From Octopus sinensis (taxonomy: Eukaryota), in contig NC_043010.1 of assembly GCF_006345805.1 (NCBI RefSeq), positions 37,386,001 through 37,450,000 of the forward strand: a stretch of DNA of 64,000 bases, in the 5' to 3' direction. This document shows, piece by piece, positions 26,839 to 40,228 of this stretch. Under the pieces are notes generated by a model. The model was given only the letters and a program-made list of their open reading frames with translations, was not told where the DNA came from and searched no databases. The first letter of the stretch is position 1; each line of letters begins with the position of its first letter. Made by a program: the position numbers and the translations under genes.

Positions 26839-28910
26839 ATCAGAATTTCTTACTTGATCTTTGTCCATATTTGTTATTTCACACTAACAAGTCCAGATGT
26901 ATGTTTAGACTGAAAAGGTAGCACCATCTTCATTACAGACAGATTTGGTGAGTTTGAAAATGCTAAAGAGCTTAGTAGTAGTAGTAATAGTAGTAGGAGG
27001 AGGAGGAGATGAAGTTTTCCTCATTAGGATTTATTTCATTCCCTCTCTGTCAGGAGGCACATGTGCTTACACACACATGTACACAAACAGTGACTGCCAC
27101 CTACCAAATCCAATCACAAGGCTTCGGTGGGCCCAAGGCTATAGCAGAAGACACTTGCCAAAGGGGCCACATGGTGGGACTGAACCTGAAACCATGTGGC
27201 TGGGAAGCAAGCTTTTTAACCACACAACCATATAAAACCTGTTGAGCTTTGATTATTAGTGTTTTCACATTGTTTCTTTCATTTTCATTGCTTTCTCGCA
27301 CTTAATTCATTGAGATGTATGACACCCCTCACTAGCAATGTAGTAGTCTTCACAACCTAGCTGAACAAAGAGTCTTTTCCTTATTTTCCTTTACTCTTTG
27401 AACTTCAATTTGCAGGGAATTAACAAGATTCACTTGCCCTAAACATAGCACAGAACATGGTGACCTCACTAGTGCTGGCTGCACAAAAACAAAAGCACCC
27501 GATATACACACTTTAAAGTGGTTAACATTAGAAAGGGCATCCAGCCATAGAAGCCATGCCAAAGCTAACTTTGGGACCTGACACAGCTCTGCTGCTTGTT
27601 GAGACCCTGTCAAACCATTTCTCAAAGTCACAGAGTGGCAATCTTCTGGAATTCTCTTCCTGGTTTTTTCTGCAATTGGTAGCATACAGGAACCTCATTA
27701 TAAACAATAATATACTTACGACAAATCTCAGAGGCTACCTTCTATTACCACCAATAAGATCAAGTCTTTTCCTATTGATTTGAGCCATTGATAAAATAAC
27801 AACAGCTGAGGCACTACTCAAGTAGACCTATAGTCAAAGACCTGCCAGAAGTTACCATCCTGTCCATCCATCCATCTTCTCCACCCATTGTTCCTGGGAG
27901 GGTCATGAGTATAGTTGTCATCATTCGCTCCTGGACCCACTTTGGGGTCTTGGGTATCCTCTGGGTGGAGACTGCAATATATTTTTCAAACACCTCTACC
28001 TAAGACACATGTGGCCCTTGTTAACCTGATAAGTGATGTATTCTTTTATTCTTTGACTTGTTTCAGTCATTTGACTGCGGCCATGCTGGAGCACTACCGT
28101 TAGTCAAACAAATCAAACCCAGGACTTATTCTTTGTAAGCCTAGTACTTGTTCTATTGGTGTCTTTTTGCTGAACCACTAGGTCAAGGGGAACGTAAACA
28201 CACCAACATCAGTTGTCAAGCGATGGGGAGGGGAACAAACTCAGACACAAATAACAAATACATACATATATATATACAATGGGCTTCTCTCAGTTTCCAT
28301 CTATCAGATCCACTCACAAGACTTTGGTCGGGCCAAGGCTATAGTAGAAGACACTTGCCCATGGTGCCATGCAGTGGGACTGAACGCAGAGCCATATGGT
28401 TGGCAAGCAAGCTTCTTACCACACAGCCACTCCTATCTTTTTTTAACCCCCCATTTTTATATTGCAACATATGGTAGTCTTACTTATGCCAGGCACCAAG
28501 TAGGTGTTTGTATTATTCCTGCAAAACCATCCGATCCATTATTCAGAAACAGTGAATCTAGAACTCCATTATCAAATATTTGTTTCTATATTTTTTTTGA
28601 AGACAATATGAAGAATTGACTGTTATTTCTAGCATCCTACTTTGGCTAGCACATCATTGTTGTTGCTATTACTGTTGCGGCTGAAATATCTTCTAGTAAG
28701 CTTTGATAGCTGTTGTTGTTGTTGTTGTTGTTATTAGAGTTGAGGTCAGGATGTTGCAACCAAAATATTGCTAAACTACTACAAAGAATGAAATGAGAGT
28801 AATAATACATATTTATGAAGACATTAGCCAGATAGCAATCAATCAATATATTTGTCTATCAGTCTGCCTGTCTGTCTATCTTTCTCTGTGTCAGCATCTT
28901 TATGTGTCTG

Positions 28911-28968
<58 letters not shown>

Positions 28969-29236
28969 GTGTGTGTGTGTGTGTATACATACATATATAT
29001 ATATATATAATGTGTGTGTGTATATACATCTGTATGTGTGTATGTTGTATGTATGTGTGTGTGTGTATGTATATATATATATATATTTATATCATCATCA
29101 TCATTGTTTAACGTCCGCTTTCCATGCTAGCATGGGTAAATGTGTGTGTGTGTGTGTAGATATATATATATATATATATATATATCATCATCATCATCAT
29201 TGTTTAACGTCCGCTTTCCATGCTAGTATGGGTAAA

Positions 29237-29281
<45 letters not shown>

Positions 29282-29811
29282 GGAGCCTGGTGCAGCCATC
29301 TGCTTCGCCAGCTTTCAGTCAAAATCGTCCAACCCATGCTAGCATGGAAAGCGGACGTTAAACGATGATGATGATGATATATATATATAAAATGTATGTG
29401 TATACTTGTGTGTATGTGTATGCTTATTATCATCATCATCCTTTAACGTTTGAATTCCAATGCTGGCATGGATAGTTGGTTCAACAGGATCTAACTAGTT
29501 TGTGGTTTGTGCTGGTCTCCAGTGTCTGCTTCTTTGGCAAGGTTTCTTACAGCTGAATGTCATGCCTATTGCTGTATGTATGTGTGTGTATGTGTATATA
29601 TATGTGTGTGTGTGTGTATATATATACTTATGCAGAAACACATGTCGGTCATTGTAACCAAATAATTATGCTACAGGACCAACTGTACTATTAAAAGAAA
29701 ATAAATTAATGATCTGCCTGTCTCTGTATTCTTTATAATTGTTTGAAATATATATATGTTATTTAAAATAGTTTGATTCAATTCCATGAGTGCCCTTTTC
29801 TTTCTTTTGTC

Positions 29812-29894
<83 letters not shown>

Positions 29895-29896
<2 letters not shown>

Positions 29897-30310
29897 TTAA
29901 AGAAGAATGTTGTGATCAAGGTGAATCTCAGTAACCTTTTGTGCGCACAGTTTGTGACAGGCCATGCCTTTCTTTTGCTAGGCTCAAACTTCACTTCCAG
30001 ACCCATGAAAAACGAACCTCCACCAACTATTCTGCCTATATATCTGTGCACATCTTTCAATGCCGTGTATGCCATAAGGTCTGCAAATCTAATGGTGGCC
30101 TCAAAAGACATTTTAAGATCCACAAAGATCAGAACTTAACTGCAGCTCATGGTAGTCCAAATCAGATATGCAATCAATGTGGGTGTCTTTTCAAAACATT
30201 GCCTGGTTCAAAAAGCCACGTCAGATGCCATGATGGTTCTAAGGTGTAAGTACAAGAGGTGGTCAGACTGTGCATAAGGAGTAGACAACCACCATACACA
30301 CACACACACA
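29895..30310 (+). mobile_element. RTE-type LINE 3' end encoding three C2H2-like zinc fingers
   Basis: xTVCDRPCLSFARLKLHFQTH, CRVCHKVCKSNGGLKRHFKIH and CNQCGCLFKTLPGSKSHVRCH, then stop, short UTR and (CA)n tail. A homologous fragment at 43401-43560(-) retains the upstream KHARLKRD..K linker. Confidence 0.65.
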
Positions 30311-30314
30311 CACA

Positions 30315-30600
30315 TATTCAGGGAAAGACCTCTGTGGTAGGTTGTTAATCAGTCGTTCCTCAACAGTGGAGTCCATATTCAGAACATTTGAAAAATGCTC
30401 TGCCCAGCGCTTTGTAATCTCCTTTTTGTTTGTCAAAAGATTACCCTCAATTGAAAGTATGGAAGTTGAGCCACCAAACACAGATCCAGAAACACTCTTT
30501 AATTCTGATAGAATGACTTGGAGTCACATCTTTCTGCAGTGTCCTGCAACTCTTGTACCTTCTTTCACCACTATTTATACAGATATATATATATATAATC
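30315..30600 (-). mobile_element. RTE LINE fragment (endonuclease-RT linker)
   Basis: GNLLTNKKEITKRWAEHFSNVLNMDSTVEERLINNLPQR matches the RTE RW.EHF..LLN motif. Confidence 0.8.
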
Positions 30601-30838
30601 CAAAGTGTATAGTATTGCATATCCAATATGGCCGATCTTACCAATAAGTTTCACACTAGGGGCTCAGTGGAGTGTTAGGTAAAAGTCCAATTATGTAGCC
30701 CTACGCTCATCAGAGATAATCGATATGGAAAGAAATATGGCAACTGCTGTCTATTGTCGGAGGTCAATGGACACATCCAGTTTGTGGTTGCTATGAAAAA
30801 GATGATGAAACAAAACAAGTAAGGGATTGAGTTAAGAG

Positions 30839-30882
<44 letters not shown>

Positions 30883-31300
30883 CTAATTTGGAAACAGGTG
30901 AAGGTTTGTGACAGGAAGAGCATCTGGCTATAGAAAAACTCTCTCAACAAATTCTGTCTGAGCCATGCAAGCATTGCAGAAAAGACATTAAAATGACGAT
31001 GATGATGATGATGATGATGATATTGTGACACCCACGCGCATATCTGTATGTACATGTACCTGCCATCCTACTTATTTGTCTATCTACCTGCATGTGGAGT
31101 GTTTTTTCAATTTCTCTCCCTCTCTCCCCACCTCTCTCTCTCTCTCTGATGTCTTTCTGAAAGTCTGTGGAAGATAATTGAAATCTGATCATCCAGTCTA
31201 TGTGTGTGTCTATATATATATATATATATGCGAATGGTTTTGTTATATAGACATACACACACCTAAGCACATTATATATATGTATATATATATATATATA

Positions 31301-31331
<31 letters not shown>

Positions 31332-31591
31332 TCTAAGCATATTATGCAGGCACACTCTGTATGCTTGTTGTGCCACCATCTGTGCCAACCTTTTGCTTTA
31401 TCATTGTATTTTTATTATTTTTTAAGATTTTATTTTATTTTTTTTGGTTTTGTTTTTGGTACAAATTAATCATACTTAAATGTTAAATTTCAGTGTGCCT
31501 ATGTATGCATACATGTTACATGTCTCTCTGTTTATGTATATATATACATATATATTCATGTGCAGATATAGATATATATACACCCACATGC

Positions 31592-31705
<114 letters not shown>

Positions 31706-32513
31706 GCATATGTTTGTTATTCTTTTTTGTCTGCAGATGTCTCCATACTTAATTATCCTCTCTCTTTTAAACTGTATTTGACCTTCTCTTTCTCTCACTC
31801 TACCTCTCTCATCAACCTTACTCCCACCCTTCCTCACTGCTGTAATTCACTCCTCCTCCTCTTCACTACCACTACCACCCACCACAATGTCATTGGTTTC
31901 TCTGTACTCTGCAGTTCAATATAGATGATGGTGGTGGTGGTGGAGGTCCTGACATTGGTGCTCTTGGTGGTGGTGGTGATGGTGGGAGGGGAGGCTGTAT
32001 ATCAGAATAAAACATTGAAAATTTTGAAACCAGAAACCAGAAGAAAACCAAAGAAACAAAAGAACCAAAAATACCAAGAATCAATATATCTTTGTATAGC
32101 TATAAAACAGGAAACACACACACACACACATTCACTCACACATACATGGATACATGCATGCACCCACACACACATAAGTACATGTGTGCAGCCACATACG
32201 CATATATACATGCATACATATAACATACATATACACACACATAAGCTTACATATACATACCTGCTGTAGAATTACATCAAAATTTTGTTGTCTACTCCTC
32301 CCCTTACCTTGCTATCATCACCACCACCACCAACAACAACAACATCACCATCAAGAGCATCATCATTGCCACCATCATCATCACCAGCAACAACATCACC
32401 ACCATCATTTCCTTCTTAATCATCACTACTACCATCATTGTAATCATCATCATCATCATCATCATCATTCTTTTATGGTGGTGGTTACCCCAGTAAAGAG
32501 AGAGATACGAGTT

Positions 32514-32700
32514 TAACCCTTTAGCATTGAAAATGGCCAGATCCAGTCTCTCACACCTACCCAGCACTGTCATTCAAAGCATAAAGAATCACATCATTGA
32601 AATCTCAAAGCTGCAAGATAATAATACCTGATTAATTCAAATCAATATCAATGAATAAGCATTACATTTGACAGAATAACCTGAATGCTTAAAGGGTTAA
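32514..32700. mobile_element. TTAA-flanked MITE, second family; copies at 50736-50964, 58660-58885 and (interrupted) 36880-37355
   Basis: TIRs TTAACCCTTTAGCATT / AATGCTTAAAGGGTTAA. Confidence 0.75.
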
Positions 32701-33424
32701 AATGACACCCCCCCCTCACATTTTTTTTTATTTTTTGGTATTTTCAGGAAATGTTTGCAAATTTGTATTCTACACATGAGAATTCATTTGATTATGCAAA
32801 AAAAAAAAAAAATTAGTGTGTGATTTAAGGCCTATTAAACTATTATTTTTAACACATCTCAGGACCACCTGTGTTTTAAGCATTTAATAAATGCAAAATA
32901 ACCACATAGGTAAGCAGCTCTGTAACAGCTTGGTTTGTTACTGTGGAAATATGCAGCTATATGTCTGTGGCTTTCAATTGGCTAAAATTACCCCAGATTT
33001 GCAAACTTTAAAAGGCAATTAACTTTGTATTTATTGATTTATGGCACAAATGAATTTCCTGTCAATGATTTCCATACAAAACTACATCAATACACCAAAA
33101 CATGAAATCAATTGGAACAAAAATTGAAGAAATTAAAAAGTAGTAACCAAGCAGAATAGGTCCAAGATTGGAAATGAATGACACCACTTGGATGGAGGTG
33201 ACATTTGCTTACAGCAACTGAATGAAACTCGGCAAAGTGAACAAAAATTGCTTTATGATATTTAGTCTGAGTTACTTCTTTTTACACCAAGATGGACTTA
33301 GTCATTTTGATTAGTAAAATGAGTAGCCGACAAAAACACTGGAGTTGATTTCAATTGAAAAAATGCTGCAGTGCATAGACAGAAACCACACACACACACA
33401 CACATATATATACAAACATATAGT

Positions 33425-33730
33425 GGAGGTGCAATGGCCCAGTGGTTAGGGCAGCGGACTCACAGTCGGAGGATCACAGTTTCGATTCCCAGACTGGGCA
33501 TTGTGTGTATTTATTGAGTGAAAACACCTAAAGCCCCACAAGGCTCCGGCAAGGGGTGGTGCAACTCCTGTTGTATTCTTTCGCCCCAACTTTCTCTCAC
33601 TCTCTCTTCCTGTTTCTTGAGTAACATTGTAATGGACTGGCGTCCCATCCAGCTGGGGGTGAACACATACGCCACAGAAACTGGGAAACTGGGCCCATGA
33701 GCCTGGCTAGGCTTGAAAAAGGGCGCATAA
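33425..33730 (+). mobile_element. tRNA-SINE with a V-domain-like core
   Basis: A box GGCCCAGTGGTTAGGG, B box GGTTTCGATTCC, core GATGGACTGGCGTCCCATCCAG. Confidence 0.75.
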
Positions 33731-34373
33731 ATAAAATATACACACACTCTATTATTCTTTTACTGGTTCTAGTCTTTGGACTGCAACCATAGAAGGGCAT
33801 TGCTATTATAGATATAAACAATAGCAATAACTACAACAACAATGAACGAATGCTTTACTTTCTCTCAAACCCGGAGAATGGGTTAGAAGTGATTCAGATT
33901 GGTTTTGAACTGAGTACATGCTTTGGCCTACCAAATTCAATCACATGGCTTCGGTCAGCCTGAGGCTATAGCATAAGACACTTACTCAGGGTGCCATACA
34001 GTGGGACTGAGCCTGAAACCAGTTCCACTGCATGGCACCTTGGGCAAGTGTCTTCTGCTATAGCCTCAGGCCAAATTTGGTAGGCAGAAATTACCATCGT
34101 GTGTGTACATGTGTAATCATGTGTAAGTGCTTGTGTCTCCTCATGGAGTGGGGAATAAGGTGCTCAAAGTGTGGGGGTGGTCAATGGTCTGGCATGAACA
34201 GGATTCATGTTATAACTACAAGTGACATCATCATCATTATTAAGTACCTTAACACCAACACCACTATCTAACCGCCATCACCAACAACAACACACAACCA
34301 CCAACCATCAACACTGTCACTATCATCAATATCAGCAGCACCACTGCTAGATACAGCAGCCAAATCTCTTTCC

Positions 34374-35177
34374 ATGACTGTGGTAAGAAGCTTGCTTCCC
34401 AACCAGACGGTTCCTGGTTCAGTCCCACTGCATGACACCTTGAGCAAGTGACCTCTACTATATGTTTGGGCCAACCAAAGCCTTGTGAGTGGATTTCGTA
34501 GATGGACACTGAAAAAAGATTATCATATATATAAACATATATATGTGTGTGTGTGTTTGTATGTGTGTGTGTATGTATTTATGTGTGTCTTTATGTTTGT
34601 CTCCTCACCTCACTTGACAAGCAAGGTTGGTGTGATTACGTCCCCGTAACTTGGCAGTTCAGCAAATGAGACTGATAGAATATGTACTAGATTTACAAAG
34701 AATAAGTCATGGGGTTGATTTGTTTGACTAAAGGCAGTGCTCCAGCATGGCCACAGTCTAATGACTGAAGCAAAAGACTAAAAGAATAAAATGCATGGGT
34801 ATATATATATTCTTGTATTCTTTTAGTCATCTGACTGCGGCCATGCCTTTAGTCGAACAAATCGACTCCAACATAATCTTTGTAAGCCTAGTACTTATTT
34901 TATCAATCTCTTTTGCCGAACTGCTAAGTTACAGGGACCTAAACACACCAACCTCGGCTATCAAGCGATGACAGGGGGACAAACACAGACACACAAATGT
35001 ACACACATACACACACACATACGATAGGATTCTTTCAGTTTCCATCTACCAAATCCACTCGCAAGGCTTTGGTTGGCCCGAAGCTATAGTAGAAGGCACT
35101 TGCCCAAGGTGCCATGCAGTGGGACTGAACACAGAGCCATGTGGTTGGTAAGCAAGCTACTTACCACACAGCCACAT
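34374..35177. mobile_element. Tail-to-tail inverted pair of full-length tRNA-SINEs
   Basis: Plus copy at about 34374-34790 and minus copy at about 34810-35177, separated by a short AT-rich spacer. Confidence 0.85.
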
Positions 35178-37500
35178 GATCTTTAAGATCAAATCTCTGT
35201 ATACATGCTTATATGTGCATCAAGGTGAAAATATGTTAGTGTATGTGCATCATAATGTTTATTTGTCTGTGTGTGTGTGTATGAGAGAGAGAGAGAGAGA
35301 CTAAGGGACATGCACCCCTCCTCATGTCTTTAAAAAAAACTAGTTACTCTGTCTCTCTTTCTTTGTCCCCTTTAAATTTTGCCCCTTACACATACATATA
35401 CATACTCTTTCTTCTCTCACTCCATCCCTCCATCAATCCCACTCCAGGTGGGGCTCAGAAATCCTTTGCCCTTACACTCCCAGTTTCTCCCCCACTACCG
35501 CCCCATCCTCTTCCTGCCACTGCTGTTGTATGTGTTTCAAGGACTTGTAGTAAACTGACACCAAACCATAACCAGCCAACAGGGACGAAGTGGGGGGTTA
35601 GACTGGGGTTTAGAGCTTAGTTTGACAACAAGAGGACAGGTAGGGTGGAGGAGATGGAATGGGGTAGAGTAGTGACAGGGTCAGATGGGATGGAGGGCTT
35701 AGGGTGAGGTGATGGTGGTGGGTAAATTTCCCATGATCTGCTTCTAATCTCATCCCCTTCTGATTAAAGGTACCTATCTATGGGTGATCAGGTCAGCCTA
35801 ATTGAGGGACTTTGAGAAGAGAATGAGGACCCACTCTGCTATTTTGGTAGTATTCCCATGAGCAGTTGTATAACCCCTAGATTGGAGCTCAGACTTGATC
35901 AAACTGGTCTTTGGTCAAACACAAAACATCATTGACCATTTGGTCTCTCTCTCTCTACTTCTTCTTCTTCTTCTTCTGATTATGATGATGATGATGACAG
36001 TATATCAAGGATTACATTATTTAATGTGTCCTTCCTTTATTTATTTATTAAAGACAGTTAGGTGTGATTTGGCTGTTATTACTAGCTGGTCAAACAACAG
36101 TGTAGAAGCTCTCTTACAGGGTCCTAAAGCAGTTACTTCATGGTAAAATCATGGTAAAATATACACTCACTGCTGCAATATTTATTTTTTTAATTGGTGC
36201 CCCAGCATGACCACACCCCTTGGCTGAAACAAAAGTTGAAAGAAGAGTTTACAAGGGAATAGCATATCAGAGATGAAGTTTTAAGATTAAAATCCAATGC
36301 CAGAATGAATGCATTTGCAGTTTCACTGCTATTTCTAGCAGATCAAGCAACCACATTTTAACAGTTCCCTAACTGACTCATAAATTTTAGCAATTATATA
36401 AAATTACACAACACACGAGAGAGTACATGAAATTAAATTCTATGTAAAAATGTATTTCCAGTTTTGCTCTAAAATAATTTTGATGACATAAGAAAAAAAA
36501 TACATTCCCTGCCAAAAAGAGCTATTCTTATTTGTTTTTTCCTTCTCTGTCTCTTCTCAAAGAATTCACTATTAAACCATGAATGTTTTATTATATACAC
36601 ACAGGCCTGCATTTTGTTTTTCTAGGTCAACTTATACTATTAACCATGTTTCCTATTGTTGACATTGTTTATTTCTCTGCTGGAGCCTGATCAGACAACC
36701 CTATGATCAAAAGGTGTGTCAGCTGTGGTCATGCCTCCTCATTTCAGACTTTGTTACCCAAGATGTCATTTAAAATATATAACAATAGGGTGTGATCTTG
36801 GGAGTGATTTGGCTGGTGTTTCTTGTAGGCTAAGTCATATGTGTAGTGATATAGGTTTTCTGAAGAGAAGGCTTGTTGTTTAACCTTTTAGCATTCACAC
36901 CAGCCATATCCAGTCAAAATATTCAACCTGTTTTATGTTCAAACTGGGCCTCTCACACCTGCCCAACAATGACATTCAAAACTTAATCGGTCACACCATG
37001 GAAATCTCAGATGTATGAGATAATACTTGACCAACACAAAACATCATCATCATCATTATCATCATCGTTTAATGTCCACTTTCATGCTAGCATGGGTTGG
37101 ACGATTTGACTGAGGACTGGTGAACCAGATGGCTGCACCAGGCTTCAATCTTGATCTGGCAGAGTTTCTACAGCTGGATGCCCTTCCTAACGCCAACCAC
37201 TCCGTGAGTGTAGTGGGTGCTTTTATGTGCCACCAGCATGGGGCCAGTCAGGCGGTACTGGCAACGACCTCGCTCGAATCTTTTACAGGTGCCAGTAAGC
37301 AATGTGAATAAATAAGTATTTCATTTAACGAAGTAATCTGAAGACTAAACAGTTAAAATCCTGATTGAGTAAACTCATTAGAAAAAATGTGCTAGCTGTG
37401 ACCATCTTGTCTTTTTATTCAGACATAATAATATCTAACAACCAGTGTAGTTGTCCTCAATAACATCAGTGGCTGTCTCCCCTCCCAAGAGTTTTTTCCA

Positions 37501-37895
37501 CAGGCGTAGGAGTGGCTGTGTGGTAAGTAGCTTGCTTACGAACCAAATGGTTCCGGGTTCAGTCCCACTGCGTGGCACCTTGGGCAAGTGTCTTCTACTA
37601 TAGCCTCAGGCCAACCAAAGCTTTGTGAATGGATTTAGTAGATGGAAACTGAAAGAAGCCCCTTGTATATATGTATGTATATATATGTGTGTTTGTGTGT
37701 CTGTGTTTGTCCTCCCAACATCGCTTGACAACCGATGCTGGTGTGTTTACGTCCCCGTAACTTAGCGGTTCGGCAAAAGAGACTGATAGACTAAGTACTA
37801 GGCATCCAAAGAATAAGTCCTGGGGTTGATTTGCTCAACTTATGGCAGTGCTCCAGCATGGCCACAGTCAAATGACTGAAACAAGTAAAAGAGAG
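37501..37895 (+). mobile_element. Full-length, well-preserved tRNA-SINE
   Basis: GGCGTAGGAGTGGCTGTGTGGTAAG head through GAAACAAGTAAAAGAGAG tail. Confidence 0.9.
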
Positions 37896-37959
37896 AGTAT
37901 CTTCTTGGTAAGTGTTATGCCAGATACTCAGTGTTAACCCACACATCTTTCCCCTTCAT

Positions 37960-38330
37960 AACATGCGTTTTTGCTGTCAGTCCTGACTTCACAGGAAACA
38001 GCAGAGTACAATTCCAAGAACTTACCACAAGAGTGGAAGCAGTGTCAGAAGTATAAGGAATGGAAATTAATTCAGGAAGGAGTAAGATTCTGATTAATAG
38101 CCACATCACGAGGCAACAAACAAGCTCAATGCTTAAATGAACAAAACCTTGAAGTGGATGACTTTAAATGGAGAAAAAAATTTCAATGTTGATTTATTGA
38201 TTCATTTGGGCAAGTCTATGTCTGTATTATCAGTCAATTGCAAAAAAATGTTTCAAAAAAATTCAAAGCTCTGCAAAAATCCAGTACAAATTCTTCATGG
38301 CTCAAAGCATTGCTTACTTTTTTTTTACTC
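37960..38330 (+). mobile_element. Degenerate RTE RT fragment (downstream of YADD)
   Basis: FQELTTRVEAVSEV*GMEINSGRSKILIN and LEVDDFK motifs. Confidence 0.65.
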
Positions 38331-38404
38331 AACCTGATATATATATATAAAAATGAAGGCAGTGCAGACAACCTAAAGGTTTTTGCAAAGTGCACATAAT
38401 TTTG

Positions 38405-38455
<51 letters not shown>

Positions 38456-39458
38456 GGGGAAGTACAAAATTATACGCACTTCACAAAAACCTTTAGATTG
38501 GTTGCACTGCTTTCATTTTTAAGGTTTCTAAGATGTTTTTTGAGGGAGACTTGGCTGATATTTCTATCAAATCCAGTGACAATGTGTAGGTACACCTGAG
38601 TGTTGTTTACCTTATCTAACGTTTCTTTTCTATCATATAGACTGCAGATATAATTTGAAGAAGAATTTACCGCTATTTCTTGTTAGTCATGCCACTATTG
38701 GTCCATAGGATACAAATAAAATATATAAAATTAGTATATTGATAACAATTGCAGGCATGTAACTTGGTGGTTAGAGTGTTGCACTAATGATTGCTAGACT
38801 ATGGGTTCAATCCCTGCACCAAGCAGTGCATTGTTTTCTTGAGTAAAACACTTCATTTCATGTCGCTCCAGTCCACTCAGCTGTAGATGGGTTACCCAGT
38901 GATGGATTAGCTTTCCAATCAGGTGGAATGTTGGTTTGCTTGCCTACCCAGCTGGGTGGCATCATTTGAAAGCTAAAAAAATGCAAAGTGTTTTTTGACC
39001 AGTGATGGATAACAACATCTGCTAGTCTGGTCAGTCATGTGATCATGTGACATTCATAACAAAGAATGCCTAACAGGTTAGCATCATGAAGTTTAGTTGA
39101 TGACAGGGAATTAGCACTGAGATCAGAGGGTGAAGAAAATTGTCAAACAAGAAGCTTCGTCTGCCACTACATGATTTCCTGACTGACAAAACATATTCAA
39201 CTTTCAGGAAGGAAAGAATTATGAACCAGAGGAAAAACATCACTGTAGGCAATCCTCTTGATAGTCCATGATGATTGTACCATATAAAATGTCATGAGTG
39301 GAGCAAGTTGTTAGTGAAGAGGATTGTTTTCTGCTGTTCTGTTTTCAGACACATTATGAAGGCAATGAACAAAAAGAAAAAGAAAGAAGACAAAACAGGA
39401 AAAACAGGTTTTAACAAATATTGTATTAATTTAATACTTAAAAAAGAAGGGAGAGAGA

Positions 39459-39495
39459 CTAAACATTTCGGGCACTAGTCCTTCATCAGAAGAAG
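39459..39495 (-). ncRNA. Degenerate minimal hammerhead motif
   Basis: Minus strand CUGAUGA-A-GGAC UAGU GCCC-GAAAUGUU. Core is present; stems I and II are imperfect. Confidence 0.35.
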
Positions 39496-39715
39496 AGTAA
39501 ATAAGGAGTATGAAACAAGAAAAGTGCTTGAGAAAAAGTGGAGTGGGGACAGGCAAAGGGTTAGGGCCTAAACCGACTGGGTAAGAATTAAACAAAATAT
39601 TGCAATGAGGAAAATAGTTCAAATCAGCCAATAAGCATAGATCTGCTGGTGATGGTGTTACTTCACCCAAGGTCAGTCCTGATCCAAGAGTTCTATGATC
39701 AAAAACACTTCAAGT

Positions 39716-39965
39716 ATGAAATGCTTTTGATCATACACTCAAGCTGTCTTTTAACTGAAATGGTATGTCACCTTTGAAGAAATTTTGCTTCTTGAGATTA
39801 TCTCCCCTTCTTATATGGAGTTGGTACCAACTGTCACTAAATGAAATGCTTTTGATCATACACTCAAGCTGTCTTTTAACTGAAATGGTATGTCACCTTT
39901 GAAGAAATTTTGCTTCTTGAGATTATCTCCCCTTCTTATATGGAGTTGGTACCAACTGTCACTAA
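39716..39965. repeat. Perfect 125-bp tandem duplication
   Basis: 39716-39840 is identical by eye to 39841-39965. Confidence 0.93.
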
Positions 39966-40145
39966 GTGATTAGTCGGCCCTCCCTTAGAAGGGGAGATAA
40001 TTTCAATACATCAAAAAAATCATCATGTATGTTATTTAATATACCCTTATGCATCTATATTGGTCAAATACACACCACAGGCCACTCCCAGTTATTTTGC
40101 TTAGCTCATTTTGGTTGCATCTATACAAATTATATATAAAACATG

Positions 40146-40228
<83 letters not shown>

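Noticed and set aside
29941-30249. Host C2H2 zinc-finger gene
   Set aside because: There are no TGEKP linkers or splice signals, it is 5'-truncated in a microsatellite, it has a retroposon-like tail, and a second fragment has an RTE-like linker.
32184-32573. Poly-His/Gln ORF (also 15685-16344 and the poly-Leu/Asn ORFs at 7017-7683 and 10332)
   Set aside because: Trinucleotide (CAT/CAC/CAA/ATT) repeats with no splice or homology support.
39330-39420. Acceptor followed by (R)HIMKAM as the MAEA exon starting HARK
   Set aside because: The peptide does not resemble HARKYF...LAF and runs into A-rich low complexity with no donor.
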